DNA of 64,000 nucleotides, from assembly GCA_013265495.1 (NCBI GenBank), contig MU058636.1, positions 6,359,741-6,423,740 of the forward strand. The letters are read 5' to 3'. Source of the stretch: Vicugna vicugna (Eukaryota). The notes beneath the pieces are model-generated. The model had not been told where the DNA came from. It was given only the letters and a program-made list of their open reading frames with translations, and made no database searches. The position numbers and the translations under genes are program-made. Shown here in pieces: positions 1 to 13,125 of the stretch (position 1 is its first letter; each line of letters begins with the position of its first letter).

Positions 1-1384
1 CAAATAAGTCTTTTCCCCCTACCAGGAGTGCACACGTGCTCAGTCAATGTTCTCCCGTCAAACGCCACATTTTATCGTTCCTCCTCTTACTCTGTCCAAC
101 AAGAAGTACATACTTCTCTTAAGTGCTAGGACGTTTAATGAGAATGCAATGCTCTTGGCTGGATACTTCCACACGACACGTATCTTTACTAAGGAGAGAA
201 ATGGAACTTGACTGTCCCAGCCCCTAAAGCACTCTGACGTCTGAAATCACAATTCACAGATTTTAAATGCTTTCCTGTTGAGACCGACATGTATTTTATG
301 AATCTGCTATGGTTTTGTTGCCTTTAATTTCCCAAATCTGCTTGGGGCACCAGCAAATGAGACCTAAATTTAAATCCAATAAACAGATATTTCCATCTTA
401 AATTACCAGGGCCAATTTAAAGAAATCACAGAGGAGATGCACTGCTGCTTGTCAGCTGGTCTCCTCTTTGTAGAGCTGGCTGGTCACGTCGTCCCCCACT
501 TCGGAAGAGAATCGCGTGAACAAGAGGGTGACCTGGCTAAGTCTAGATATCATTGTTTTAGCACCTGATGCTCCCTGTACGTTCACGCTGTGTAAATGTC
601 CATTTCCCTGTGCTTAGCAGTCTCTCCATGGCCCACTGGAGGCACCTGACTGAGGATCATCCCTGCAGCCTACAAAGAGAGGGCAGTGCTCAGTCACATG
701 CAAGCATCCTTCAGGTTCTCTGAAGCTGCAGGTACCACCCACGAAGAGCTGAAGCATATATATTATAAATAAGGAACTTACCTTCCTTCCTGGGAGGTCA
801 TCATTGTACAAATGAAATCACACACAGACTACTGATGGAGTGAATCCCTGATCTCAGCCCGACTTCCTCCTGCTACCACTCTACCCTAGGTGACCACATC
901 TTCTAATATCAGTCCCGCTGTGCGTAGGGAATATAAATCAATTCAAATCTAAGCCCAAAATAAACAATTGCTAGGGTAAACCTGCTGCCAAAATTACTCT
1001 GAAACAAATAGCACCCAACACAATGCTTCGCCTGGAAGACTTTTGATAAGCATGCAGTGAATCAGCAAACATTTTAAAATAAATGAATACTAATGGTTTT
1101 TGCATTCATCCGTGGTTTGGTTTATCTGTCATATTAGAGTCCTCCCTTCTACTGCTTAGGTCATTGAAAACATACTAAAATTTGAGATGCCCTAAGAGGA
1201 CACAAAATCAGAATTAGAATGTTGGGAAGGAAAACGGATTATCTGCTTCACAAAAATCTGTGTGTTGTCTCTTACAGGGCTCTCTTTTTTATGTTCATAA
1301 GCAAGGTTAGAGAACTCTAGAGAGCAATCAGAATGTCCTGTACTATTCAGTGGTTCTAATTTTTTTCTGTAAAAGGTACAAAGG

Positions 1385-1517
1385 AAATATTATTAAATGC
1401 TTACAATGTGCCTTTGCTTTCACGTACATTGTCTCATCTGGCACTCAAAACAACGCTGGGAAGTATAATATTATTCTCACTTTAAAGAAAATGAGCTGAG
1501 ACTCAGAACAGTTAAGT
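1385..1517 (-). mobile_element. MIR SINE fragment
   Basis: Reverse-orientation MIR core: acattgtctcatctg...aacaacgctgggaagtataatattattctcactttaaagaaaatgagctgagactcagaacagttaagt. Confidence 0.6.
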
Positions 1518-1631
1518 CGAAGAACCATTTTAAAAATAGTCCCCCAAATGGCAAAACTGGCCATGCTCAGCATTTGTGGAAATTACGTTTGTACAGACGA
1601 CACATGCCCGTGAGAGTTCCTGGTGATATTG

Positions 1632-1845
1632 TTTTACTGAGGGTTTTACATGGCCAGGCACAATTCTCAGTGGTTTATATGGATTCATTCATGAGGTAGG
1701 GTCTGTAATGGCCCCCATTTTACATGGGAGGAAATACAGGAACAGAGAGGTTAAAAATTGTCCCAAATCACACAGCTAGTAAGTAGTAGATCCAGGATTT
1801 AAACCCAGTCAATCTAGCTCCGGGGCTTGTGTTCTTGAACGCTGT
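1632..1845 (-). mobile_element. MIR SINE, near full length
   Basis: cccattttacatgggaggaaatacaggaacagagaggttaaaaattgtcccaaatcacacagctagtaagtagtagatccaggatttaaacccag matches the reverse complement of the MIR core and B-box region. Confidence 0.8.
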
Positions 1846-1985
1846 TTTAGAGAGTTCCTCAAAAGGGACAGAACAGAGAAACGGCTCCCTGTACAGGAGG
1901 AAATTGCAGCAAACCCATCAGAAATAAGGCTGGCCCCTTTTACTGACTCTGTGTACCAGTTGGTATCTTTGGGGACGATGTCCTT

Positions 1986-1988
<3 letters not shown>

Positions 1989-2022
<34 letters not shown>
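1989..2022. repeat. (TC)17 microsatellite
   Basis: Perfect TC dinucleotide run. Confidence 0.95.
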
Positions 2023-2027
<5 letters not shown>

Positions 2028-2041
2028 AGGTCTCTAGAGAC

Positions 2042-2262
2042 TAGCACTGTCCAGCAGAACTTTCTGTAATGATGAAAATGTTCTATATTTGCTACACTAT
2101 CCAGTATGGTTGGCACTGGCCACACATTCCTACTGAATGTTGCTAGAACATCTGAAATGTTGCTAGGGCAACTGAGGAGCTGAATTTCTAACTTTATTTA
2201 ATTTTAATGAATTTACATTTAAATAGTCACATGTCCTAGTGGCTGTACTGATTTCAGAGTAC
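2042..2262. mobile_element. MER3 (hAT-Charlie) non-autonomous DNA transposon
   Basis: agcactgtccagcagaactttctgtaatgatgaaaatgttctatat...gcaactgaggagctgaatttctaactttatttaattttaatgaatttacatttaaatagtcacatg follows the MER3 consensus. Confidence 0.85.
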
Positions 2263-2311
2263 ACCTGGAGAGGCTCCACTGAAATGATAGTGGCTGTGGG
2301 AAGACCTAAAG

Positions 2312-2480
2312 TTTTTGAGCATCTATTAGCCTATTCAAGCTTCAAAACAACTCTGTGTGGGTAAGTGCTATCATCACTCCCATTTTACAGATTCAGAAAA
2401 CTTATTTTACAGAGTGTTATCAGCCTGCTCAATCCCATGAAGCATGTAAATGCAACAGGTGGGAACAGAAATTAAGGGTT
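2312..2480 (-). mobile_element. MIR SINE fragment
   Basis: aaacaactctgtgtgggtaagtgctatcatcactcccattttacagat, MIR core in reverse orientation. Confidence 0.55.
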
Positions 2481-2559
2481 GGAAAAACTGATCTAGGAGG
2501 AAAAAAAAAAAAGCAGCCGCAAAGATGCTTTGGCTGTGAAAGTAATTTTAAAGGGTTGA

Positions 2560-2645
2560 GGCACATCTGGTTTTGCTATTTTATCCCAGGGTCTGGCTCT
2601 TAGTAGTAGATGCTCAATAAACACTTGTTGAATGAAAGAGTGAAT
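2560..2645 (+). mobile_element. L2 LINE 3' end
   Basis: tagtagatgctcaataaacacttgttgaatgaaagagtgaat, a typical L2 3' terminus. Confidence 0.6.
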
Positions 2646-3334
2646 ATATACATAGTTACAATCTCAGTCTGATATACAGAGGATTGTAGCCAATTGTCCT
2701 TCATCTTTGCTCAGAACAGCCTGGGAGATTTAGATAAGATGAGAAAACTGCCTGACACTGAAATGCGTTTCTGGAGGGTATTATAATTTATATTCTGAAA
2801 GTATGTAAAAATAAGATTCCTTCTGATCAAAATGAAATGAATTTGATACGTTCCCACCTACAGAATAAAGGATTGATTAAGTTCATCCTTCATCCTCTGA
2901 GATAACCATCTATTGTTAAAATGTAAAATGTAAAAGACCGTCGCCTGGCATACAAAGAAATGGCAAGCATTTCCTGAACCAAAGCAGTTTCTGAAAAGAA
3001 ATTCTTGCCAAACACATTTCATTCAGAGAGTGAGACACAAAGAAGGCACATTTATTCCCTAGTTACAGGTCTGTTGATTAAGAAGGTTACAGCAAATCAT
3101 TTTGGGATTATTCAAAACTGGATAGATTTTACACTTCTTTTAGTTTCATTTATAAAGCTCTTTGGACTAAAGACATCCATGGTCTCCATCTAGTTTTAAT
3201 GAGAGCTTTCCACATGCTTTGTGATCCTCAAACAATTACATGGTCATTTACTAATGCTGATTTGGAAAGGTAATGGATGCTTTAAAGGAACTGCAACTAT
3301 TAAGGCACTGCTAATGACTGTTGCAAACATCTTT

Positions 3335-3336
<2 letters not shown>

Positions 3337-3368
<32 letters not shown>
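3337..3368. repeat. (CA)16 microsatellite
   Basis: Perfect CA run. Confidence 0.95.
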
Positions 3369-3371
<3 letters not shown>

Positions 3372-3486
3372 CGGTCTGTGATGCTCTCTGGAGCAGGGAT
3401 CACTTCTGTCCTGATGGTGATTATTATCCAATGGCACCTCCAGGGAGCGGAGCCACCACAAAATTTGTTGGATGAATGAATGAATT
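3372..3486 (+). mobile_element. L2 LINE 3' end
   Basis: ctgtgatgctctctggagcagggatcac...aaaatttgttggatgaatgaatgaat, with the L2 (TGAA)n tail. Confidence 0.55.
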
Positions 3487-3734
3487 CCAAGATGGCCAAA
3501 TATATTACATTTTTCTAATTTTTCTTTTAGGTGAGACATCTGAGTCCAGGGTGAATCAAAATTTTCTCCACAGCCACCAAACAAGACAATAATAGAATAC
3601 TGAGTGTAAAAGGATAAAATCTCTAGAAACAGCCCTATTCCACTAGCTTTTAAATGTGCTTTTCTTTGAGAAGCATCTGAATCAGCCAAAGTGGAGCCAG
3701 GAAAGAGCACCTAAGGTGTGTCAATGACTCTACT

Positions 3735-4150
3735 GTTGGGTATGGATTTCACCAGTGAAGGAAAAGTCAAGGAGCCTGCTGGGGTGGCAGAGGCAGGGCA
3801 GGGGGCAGTGGGCCGGCAGCCAAGAGACTAGAAAAGACAGGCGCCATACAGGAAGAAGTCGGTGTTTCCAGAGCCGAGGAGCCTGGAGGGAGCTGGAAGA
3901 GTGGGCGTGCCCAGCGGGACCTGCAGCCACGAGAGAGAGCCGGCAGCTATGGCAGCAGAGAGCTTGGGGAGAAAGGCTGTGATGCAGCTCTTCACCTGGC
4001 CCGGTAGTTATCTACCTTGCCTCCCCACTGGGCTCCTTGGGAGCCAGGAGAGGAGAGAGGCTGGGAAATATTGCTCCCTGAGTTACAGCGCAGGGCAGGG
4101 AAGGGCAGAAGATGCGTGGAGAGGAAGCAGGCAAACAAGCCACCCACCTC
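3735..4150 (-). mobile_element. Possible highly degraded ERVL-type LTR
   Basis: Purine-rich block of about 400 bp ending gcagggaagggcagaagatgcgtggagaggaagcaggcaaac, resembling the reverse end of old LTR33-like elements. Family not secure. Confidence 0.3.
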
Positions 4151-4229
4151 CTCTTCTGCCTTCTGAGGGAGCAAGCTGCTCACTCCTATGCACCCTTCCC
4201 TGCGGCACATTAGAGACTGGTTATAACAT

Positions 4230-4940
4230 CCATCATATTGCATGGTTAGTTAGGCTTTGCTTACATGTCTGCCTCAACTCATAGCTTTTCGTTTTCCCAG
4301 CACTAGTACCGGGACATTGCAATTTCTGAGTAAAAGATTTTTGAATGAATGGATAAATGATTGATTTCATTCAGTTTCAACAAATGTTTATTGAGCACTT
4401 ACACTGGACCACGAAGTTCTGGTTAATTCCACATAGGTGATCTCATTCCCAGAATGTTTTGAAAGGCTACCGACCTATCACGTGTTCCTTGTCCCAAACT
4501 GTCAATTCTCCCCAACAAACCAATTGCTGGAAGTGCATGTGATGGCCCATCAGCTTATTTCCGTGGTAACGAATATTAAAATCCAACATATATTAAGCCT
4601 GACATTACACGCTCGGTATTGTGTGGTTACAAGGGTTACTCATGTCCCTGTCCTCAAGGGTCATGGAAGGACCACACAGAGATCATTGTGATGCCTTTGC
4701 TGAGTTACAGCTCTACATAGGATGCTGCAGAGTCAGAGTTGACACTTTACCCAATCTGGAAGTTTAGGGAAGTTTCTGGAATCTTGGAAGGGGAGAAAGA
4801 CTGAATCAGTAAAGATAGAAGGGAAATAGCATGAGCACAGGCGGAGCTGTTGGATGCAACTAAAGATGAAGCATGGGTGTTGAAGTTAGGTCTAGTCACA
4901 AGAAGTACTGTAAACCTTTAGTCTGCAGGCCGTGGGGAGA
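4230..4940. mobile_element. L2 fragments in both orientations
   Basis: tttttgaatgaatggataaatga (+ tail) directly followed by ttcattcagtttcaacaaatgtttattgagcacttac (- tail), with further reverse L2 sequence to about 4940. Confidence 0.5.
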
Positions 4941-5962
4941 CACTGGTGTCACGGCTCACCCAGCTGCAGCAGGGAAGAGAGATTTAACGTAAGACTGGAC
5001 GCAGTAAAAAGGGAATACAGATCCTATGGAAACAGGCAGACAGATGTCCAACGCCCACATGTAAAAATGAATTCGCATCAGCATTGCTTCTAATAATTCA
5101 AACCTGCAACTAAATAGATGGTCACATTTTAAAGTTTTTGAATGTCCAAAATTGATTCCAAACTTCCAAAATCTTATGTCAGAATGTGATTTTGTATTTC
5201 TATGTGCACGTATGTGTTCCACACTATTTTTGTAACAGATCGACAGTTAGAATTATTCAGCAAGGACAGATTCAGGCTCTACAATGCCCCAGGTGCTGGA
5301 TGTGAAAGCCAGTCCCCGGGTTGCGAGGGAGACAGATAATCCGTTGGGCACCTCGCCAAGCCTCGGGCAGCTCATGGGATTATGTTGTCAGCAGAGACTT
5401 CTAACATCATACGGTTCTCTCTAGGCATAGAACTATAACTGTTTTCTGCTTGAACTGCATAACATTTGCTTTCTTAAAGTGTGGGGGTATGTCTGAGTAT
5501 ACCTAACATTCCTTCTCTCATTAACATAATCTCTCAGTGACATGGCTGCTTCCTCCTAAATTTTCACCGATTTCCCATATAATCAGAAGTAAGTTCTTTC
5601 CTTATTTCCAGGTAATAGGAATTAATTCCACTCACAGTTGAACTATTGTTTCTATGTATAGAGAGAGAAATTTTTCAACCCCCCAAAAACTATTTATTAG
5701 ATATTCTGGGTATGGTGGCTCTCTAATAATTTTGTATCTCTGGCATCTGGCCCATAGTCATGGTCAGTAAATGGTTAGTGAATTTAATAAGTTAAGTTAA
5801 AAAAAACCTCAGTTTCTTAACTGAAAAGGCAGTCTTCCCTCTTTCCAGTCATTTTATTTCTCACCTTTGTGCCAATTCTATATTTTGAAACAATTTTTTA
5901 GGTCTATGTTTACCAATGTCCACCAAGCTGAAGATGCTGAAATGATTCGTGTTCTCGTGGTC

Positions 5963-6417
5963 TATCCTGAACTGAATTGTGTCACCCAGAAAGGGTACTG
6001 AATTACTCTCACCCCCAGTACCTATGAATGTGGCCTTATTTGGAAACAAGGTCTTTGTAAATCATCAAGTAAGGACGAGGACATTGGGGTGGGCCCTAAC
6101 CCACTATAACTGGTAACCTTATAAAAAGGTGAAATTTGGACACAGACACATTCTCCAGGAAGAATGCCATGTGAAAATGAGGCAGAGATCAGAGTGATGC
6201 TTCTATGAGCGCCAGAATGACAAAGGTCGCCAACAAACCACCAAAATCTAGGAGAGAGGCATGGAACAGATTCTCCCTCATAGTCCCAGAAAGAACCAGC
6301 CCTGTCCACACGGTGATCTCAGACTTCCAGCCTCCAGAGCTGTGGACAGTACAATTCTGTTGTGTGAGCTGCCCAGTGTGCAGTACTTCGTGATGGCAGC
6401 TCCAGGAAAGGAACAGA
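5963..6417 (+). mobile_element. MLT1C-like ERVL-MaLR solo LTR
   Basis: actgaattgtgtcacccaga...cccagtacctatgaatgtggccttatttggaaacaaggtctttg...ctcagacttccagcctccagagctgtg...gtacttcgtgatggcagc, diagnostic MLT1B/C blocks. Confidence 0.85.
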
Positions 6418-6974
6418 GGACCCTTCAGGCATATCAGTGAGACTTCTTATCACTTCTTTCTAGTTAAACATTTATGCATCCATGTGCACTTGTGATTGGG
6501 AACTCTGTGATATCAAATATTATGTCTTAGATGTCTTTGTATCTTGATAGCCTCCGCACAGGCACAGTACGGATCTGAATTAATTGTGTTCTGGATTTGC
6601 CCTGCGATACCCCCAGCCTGTATCAAATGTGTTTCCTTGGAACAGTGTGTAGTCTTCTCTCATTTTGGTTTACTGAGACACAGTGACAGCTGGGAGGTAA
6701 TTTATGCTTCCTTGTATTAGCAGTTCAAGCTCATTTTGCTTGATTTCCTCATTGTTCTGCTCTTACAGGCAGATAAGTTCGGCCATAAATTAGTGCACTT
6801 AACCTGTTTCCCTGCTGTTTCCTTATAAGAACAACTGGATACTTCTTGCACTTTAGTTTGTGGTGGTGTTATTTTGTTTGTTTGTTTCTGTCCTAAACCT
6901 ATTATCATTTATAGAATTGTGATTTGTGGTTTCTTTTTTATAACACTTTCTTCTTTCTACCTCTTAAATTAAAG

Positions 6975-7075
6975 GCTCTTAATATTAAGCTCCTGCTGTT
7001 TCTAGAGCACTGCACTAGATGCTAAAGATGCAGACATGAATAAAATAGGGTCCTGTTCTCAAGAGATTCAGTCAG
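6975..7075 (-). mobile_element. L2 fragment
   Basis: gcactgcactagatgctaaagatgcagacatgaataaaatagggtcctgttctcaagag, reverse L2 3' region. Confidence 0.55.
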
Positions 7076-9427
7076 CTCCTTTCCTGAAAGCTTTCTTCCC
7101 AGTCATCATGGAATGCTACCTGCTCCTTATCGTTTTGTTATCATAAACCGCACACTAGGGAATCAAATTCATTTATTTTCCCACTCATATCTTGCCATCC
7201 AATTATCTTTTTCTATCATCCTTTGAAAGTATTGACTTTAGGAGAAATAACATGCTCTATGCCTCTAAGTCCACCAGCCTCCTATTCAGATCTTTCAAAT
7301 CACCAGAACTATATCCTGAGTCCATTTTTGCAGAAACATGCTTTCCCAAATGGGTGCACAGAAAGCAAATGCGCTGGGTAGTTGAAAATAGGAGGGGCCT
7401 TGGGTTTTGTCAGCCTCCCTTTCAATCTTATATTATGACTTACATATGTCTTGGTATGGAGTTATCCACTGTCATCCACCACTGTGTGTATGTGTGTGGG
7501 AGAGGCGGGGGGGGGTCATTTCCTCCTGAGGTTTACGCAGGATTCTGCTCACTCACTAACAGTACTTAGAAATCCTTCTTATTCCCAGAAAAATAGCACA
7601 GTGCTTCCTCTTCAGGCAGACTTTAATGTCATGTCGTACTGGTGATAATGATTTTCCTTGCCTTATTCCCCCATGTCACATTCATTCACTCCTGTACTGC
7701 CGAACACTGGTATTGATTTTTCTAGTACTCACTCTTATGTCTTTAGAATATATATTTTTATTTTTAGCATGCTTCCTGAATTATTTTCTTTTCCTCTTCT
7801 CCAGGGATTTTTCATTCTCCTTCATAAGCTGGAGCACAGAGGTATGCTCTTGACATCCTTTAACCTTCTTCCAAAGGAAAGATTAGTATGCATTTAGAGC
7901 ACACATAATTGATGACTATTTCAGCAGAGAAGACAAACACAGCATATATTCTACAGGTCACTGGAACAGGACTCTTAGTTCCCATAGTTCCTGGATTCTC
8001 TGGCTAAAGCATAATCAGAGGAGGCCAACTTTCAAGGTTCCCACATAACAAGATCTCAGGACGCCCACAGTGAAATATAAACACGTCTGCTTAGCACAAT
8101 ACACATGGAGAGGGATTTTCTGGTAGATACTGCCATGCTCTAACAAGCTGAATGACCCTGCCTGAGAAAGATATTTTAAAACAATGACATCTCAAAGTCA
8201 GGACTTGAGTAGATAAGTGGATATATAATTCCGAAAGTTTACTTGCATATCTATAGTACTTTTATCATTATATTTTTTCTGAAAAAAAAAGAACCTTACT
8301 AAATATTTGTAATCCCCTTTGGACTAAAGGTAACATACAGATCCCTTTCCTTGTGCTCCAAATACTTCCCCCTCGGTGCCCTAGATTACTTCTTTTGGCC
8401 ACAATTACATGTAGCCCTCCTTCAAAATTGGCCACCCACTTCTCACCCCCTGTTTTTCCAGACTCAGCCATCTCTTGCTCATATATCCCCAAACCATCCT
8501 CTTGTCAAGAAAGCTCCTGAGGCTCCACTGGTCCCTGGTGCTTTTACATATCGGTCAGCACACACAAAGCAACTGTATTTCCTGAGTTGACCAATTAGTC
8601 AAGGTTGGACTCAAAGTATCTGAGCTTCTTCTACTCTTGATTCTTGACTGTCTTTAAGATCATGAAAGCCATCACGGTAGACCTACTTCCAATGCTTTTC
8701 CTTCGATTATGTCCTTTTATGTTTCATATGGATAGGTACACATTATATTGTACAACATCCTCATTATTAATATCTGACATTACCCATATCATATAAATTG
8801 TTGGAAGGAATGTTGCTTCTCATGTATAGGAATGAGATGGTCAAACCATAGTCATAGTTCTTCTTACGTGAGCAACTATATCTGGAAGACCTTTTAAAAA
8901 AGATTTCGTTGCACTCTCTCAACTGAAATTTTAAGTCATTTTACACAATTGTACATAGGTGTTCTTTAAGCTAAATCTAATCAGTTTACAAATTACGTAT
9001 TAAATATTTAGTGTTCACAAGGTCCCCAATACTATATTTGGAAAATTTTACATATAGATATGAATTGAAGATTAGGCAGAGATCTTACGTTACAAGATTT
9101 TATCTTGAGCTCCAAGCCCACTGGGAATCTTCCCTTCATACCCACCAAACACCTCAAATTGAACACTGTCATGAAGTACGCATGCCTTGTCAGTGTGGTT
9201 CCCTTTGTCCAGCCTGTATTTCCCCCTCTCTTTGTTCCGGGCCTGCTCAAGATAACATTCAGACAGTGTCTCCGCTGTGAATCTTTTCCTGACATCTCCA
9301 TCCCTCCTAAATACATAGGAATTGATCTGTCCTTGGCGTACTGCAGCTTTTCATGAATTCCTCTGTTGGTTTGGTTCTCTGTGCTGCTTTATGTTGTTTT
9401 CAAGTGCAAGGACTTTGTCTCTACTAC

Positions 9428-9605
9428 CCATCCACTCATTCATTCAGTTACTTTTTTTTTTTAAATACTTAACCATGTTCAGACACTATACCCTATAAGA
9501 GGGATTCGATAGTGAGCAGGAAGGTGGGTCCTCCCTACAGGTTACAGTCTAGTGTGGGGAGGGCAAGTAATAAACAAGAAATAATATCAAAGTGTATGAT
9601 AGCCT
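9428..9605 (-). mobile_element. L2 3' end
   Basis: catccactcattcattcag...ccatgttcagacacta...ttacagtctagtgtggggagggcaagtaataaacaag. Confidence 0.55.
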
Positions 9606-9642
9606 CAAAACCTGGCAAATACAGGCTCTTAAAAATGTTAAT

Positions 9643-9769
9643 GGGGGAGGGTATAGCTCAAGGAGTAGAGCACATGCTTAGCATACACGAGGTCCTAGGT
9701 TCAATTCCCAGTACCGCCTCTAAAAATAAACGAATAAATAAACCTAATTATCTCCCTCCCCCACCCCCT
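9643..9769 (+). mobile_element. Camelid tRNA-Ala-derived SINE (vic-1 type)
   Basis: gggggagggtatagctcaaggagtagagcacatgcttagcatacacgaggtcctaggttcaattcccagtacc (A box, ttAGCat anticodon loop, B box), then an A-rich/C-rich tail. Flanking repeat aaaaatgttaa (9631-9641) / aaaaatgtgaa (9770-9780). Confidence 0.9.
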
Positions 9770-12399
9770 AAAAATGTGAACAAAATAAGTTACTTTTTCT
9801 AAAATCAATGAGCACTCATAAACGCTGAACAGAAGATCCTACATAAAGACACATACAGATTATTCGATTACAGGGCCAGGTTGGTATGAAGTTATGAGAA
9901 AGTGACAATGGCTTCTTGGCACATCTTCTACTCGGTATCAGGCCGAGAAAGGTAAGTAATCAATTGGCAAAAGCTTCATCCATATGTTTTTTGCTGTTGC
10001 CCAACCCATGCTATTTTCCAGCCGAAATTCAGAAACGGGAATATGCAGCACTGGCTGCAACTAAAGAAGACAGAACTCCAGCCAGAGAGAAAGACAGACT
10101 CTCAGCCAAAAGCAGAAGCACCCTAGTTAGTCGTTGCACTTCAAGATGCTGAAGCCACTCCAACCCAAGGAAGCCGAGGCCTCCAGAGTCAGGACAGCTT
10201 AGAGAAGAGGAGAAAAGATGTTTCATTTGTTGAGGAGTTTGATCTGAATCCACCTTGGATTGGAAATCCCAAGACCTTTTAGAATAAAAAGCCTGGGTAG
10301 AAGGTTGTCTTCCTTTATAGGAGAGGACCTAGGCTTTTTGCATGAAATCTATTCTAAGACCTTTGAATTTCTGTAATCAGGGCGGGTGCTTCAATGGTTA
10401 TATTAAATGGTTCAGTTAACACTGAGGATTGCTTTCTGTGAAACACTGTTTAAAGCACGCTCTTAATTAAAAGCTTGATTTTAGAAATCTTGTGGACAAA
10501 CAACTTCCTATTGGCAGTTACTTCTGAAATAGAGAGAATTTGGAATCAGATACAATTGTTTTAATAGGAAATATGACTGAGGGGGAAACTTCTAATTCTT
10601 AGATTGTAAGAATGAATTGATGTTGATATAAGTAAAAACCTACAAAGAAAGCTTTTATTTTTAAACATGATCTCCTTCCACCAGTGAAACCCAAGTCTTA
10701 CCTTTAAAACTAAAAAAAGATGGTAAATGTTGATCTTTATCATGTTTGAATTTGAAGAAGAAAGAAAAAAACGAGAAAGAGAGAGCAGAGAATAGACCTG
10801 CTTACAGAGGATATTTCAGGCTTACTCAAAAATGTGAAAGCAATTTACCAAGACATTCAGATCCTTGTAATTATTTCATCTGCATCCCAGCAGGTATAAG
10901 ATTTCTAAATTAATTATAAGAAGTCCAAATGCATTATCCTATTGTCTACACTATTAATTATCCAATTAATTTAAATGAAAGGAAATTAGATCAAATACTT
11001 TATTCACAGTGTCTCTCCTTGCACAGCCAACACAATTTTCCATGCCAAAATGCACTCTGGGGAATGAAAAAGTCTTCTGATAGGAGATTTTCATCATTCT
11101 CTGCTCATTCATGACCATCTTCCAAATTCTGGCAGTTCTGAAATACGCTGTGTTTTTAAAGCCCGCCTGCTTTGGCCTGTTTTGTCTGTATGGCCAATCC
11201 CAGCTCTTCCTTCAAGCCTTCAATGGCCCTTCCCCTGGAAAACCTTCCTGATACTTCCTCTTTGTGCTGCCACGGTTTATGGAAACTCTCCCCAGTAAAT
11301 AATCAGACTTGGTTAGTTTCCACATTCATCTCTCGCAGTAAATCCCAAAGAACAAAGACTGTGCTCCTTTGACATTTGTATTTTCCGGAACCTTGTGGGG
11401 CTCTGTAACTGAATTAAGCATTTAATATGTTGACAAGGGGAACAAAAGTGGAGTTGAAAACCTCAGATCTTGAGCAGTATTTTCAGCTTGTATCTAACTT
11501 GTGGATCACAAACACTTTCTATATAAAAGGCCTCTCCCTAGATGTTTTTCAGCAAAAAAGGGAAAGGCATATTTGGGCAGTGCCAGATTTATTTCTCACA
11601 TATCCATTCAATTTCAAAATGGATGGAAAGACAAAACATCAAAAGAATGTCAATTTATACTTTTCGGAGGTAGAAATTACCTCAAGTAAGTATAGACCCA
11701 TTTATCTTTAGATTTCAAAGATCGAATTGTTTTCATTCTTTCATCAAACAATTAGGAAAGCACTTTTTAGAACATCAGACACCTTTAAAAATTTTTATTG
11801 ACATGAAAAATCTTCAAGAACTAGAACAACTTAATTTATACCCTATGAACACATCAGAGAGTAATAAAAGATGGTGCCATGACATGAAGGAAGATATAAA
11901 ATCAGTATTATCATTTTCAATTACATAATAATTCATAATGGCCAGTAAATTTTCCAAAGCTGCATTTTCTCATCTGTGTTTGTGTTGTTTTGTAAAATAT
12001 GGGGGGGAAAGCCCTATTAGCACAGCCCTGTATGTTGTTTCTAAGCACGTTCTCAAAAGCAGAAAAACTACTTTACTCAAAGAAAGCAATTTTAGAGCGG
12101 AATTACATGCAAATGTGGAAACTCAGCTTCGAAGCCCCATGTCTCATATTTATGCATGAGTCTCACAAATCTCCACACATTCCGGGCAGGGGAGCGTCGC
12201 ATGTTACTGTCCTCTTCTGCCACACTTGCATAGCTGGCGTCTGATAGGTCATGGTTGGTCTCTTGCACCTGCTGTCATTCAGCATCTATCAGTCCACTTT
12301 AAGTAACAGCGACGCTGCCTCCTCCGTGGTTAACAACACACCTGCTCCCCTGTCTGCCCTACACCAGCCACCTCACGTCACCACCATCTCCTGAATGAA

Positions 12400-13050
12400 C
12401 TTCTACAAGAGCTGACTTCCATGGCTCCTCACCTTCCCCAATCCTTCTATCCTCTGCAGTAAGTGATTATTTAAAAGCACAAATCTAACCATGTCCTTGC
12501 TTAAAACCTTTAGCTGACTAACATAGGATGTTTGGATAAAAGCCAGAGTCTCAGATGATCTTGCAAGCTTCCATGTGCCTGCTCCCTGCTCACTGCTGGA
12601 GACGGAGCCCACTCCGGGCCCTCCTCACTTCCCAGGCTCCAGTCCCTCTCATGCTTTCGGTTCCCTGGAGATGCCACGGATCCCCCTGCCACAGAGCCTG
12701 TGTCTGCGCTGCCTCCCATGCCGGGGAATCTCACCCACCCCTCTCCACTACCCGTACCTCACTGCTTCCCCTCCCTCGATCCTCAACTGGAACTTCGTGC
12801 CCTAACCCCACCGGTGATGGCGGGTCCTCTAATACACGCTCTGCTCTCCTCATGCCCTGCACTTTGCCCCACAGAGCGGTCACATTTTCGTCACTGTGCG
12901 TGCACCTGTGTGTTTATGTCCAGTCCATCCCTCCAGCCTGTGAGACAGGGACTGCCGCTGTTTCCACTCCCCAGTTTTACCACCAACAGCCACACAGCCT
13001 GGCACGTAGGAAGCACCTAGTAAAACTGTACTGAGTGAAAAACTGACTTG
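12400..13050 (+). mobile_element. L2 LINE 3' portion (degraded, GC-rich)
   Basis: ttaaaagcacaaatctaaccatgtccttgcttaaaaccttt...cacagcctggcacgtaggaagcacctagtaaaactgtactgagtgaa. Confidence 0.65.
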
Positions 13051-13125
13051 CCTAAGTAAATGTATCAAATCCAGTAGGCAAATGGCATGCCACACCTAAG
13101 TGAATATATTAGTCAACACCAGATA

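Noticed and set aside
9643..9720. tRNA-Ala(AGC)-like sequences (also at 56720 and 57216)
   Set aside because: Altered acceptor and D arms, shared SINE tails and TSDs show they are SINE heads, not tRNA genes.
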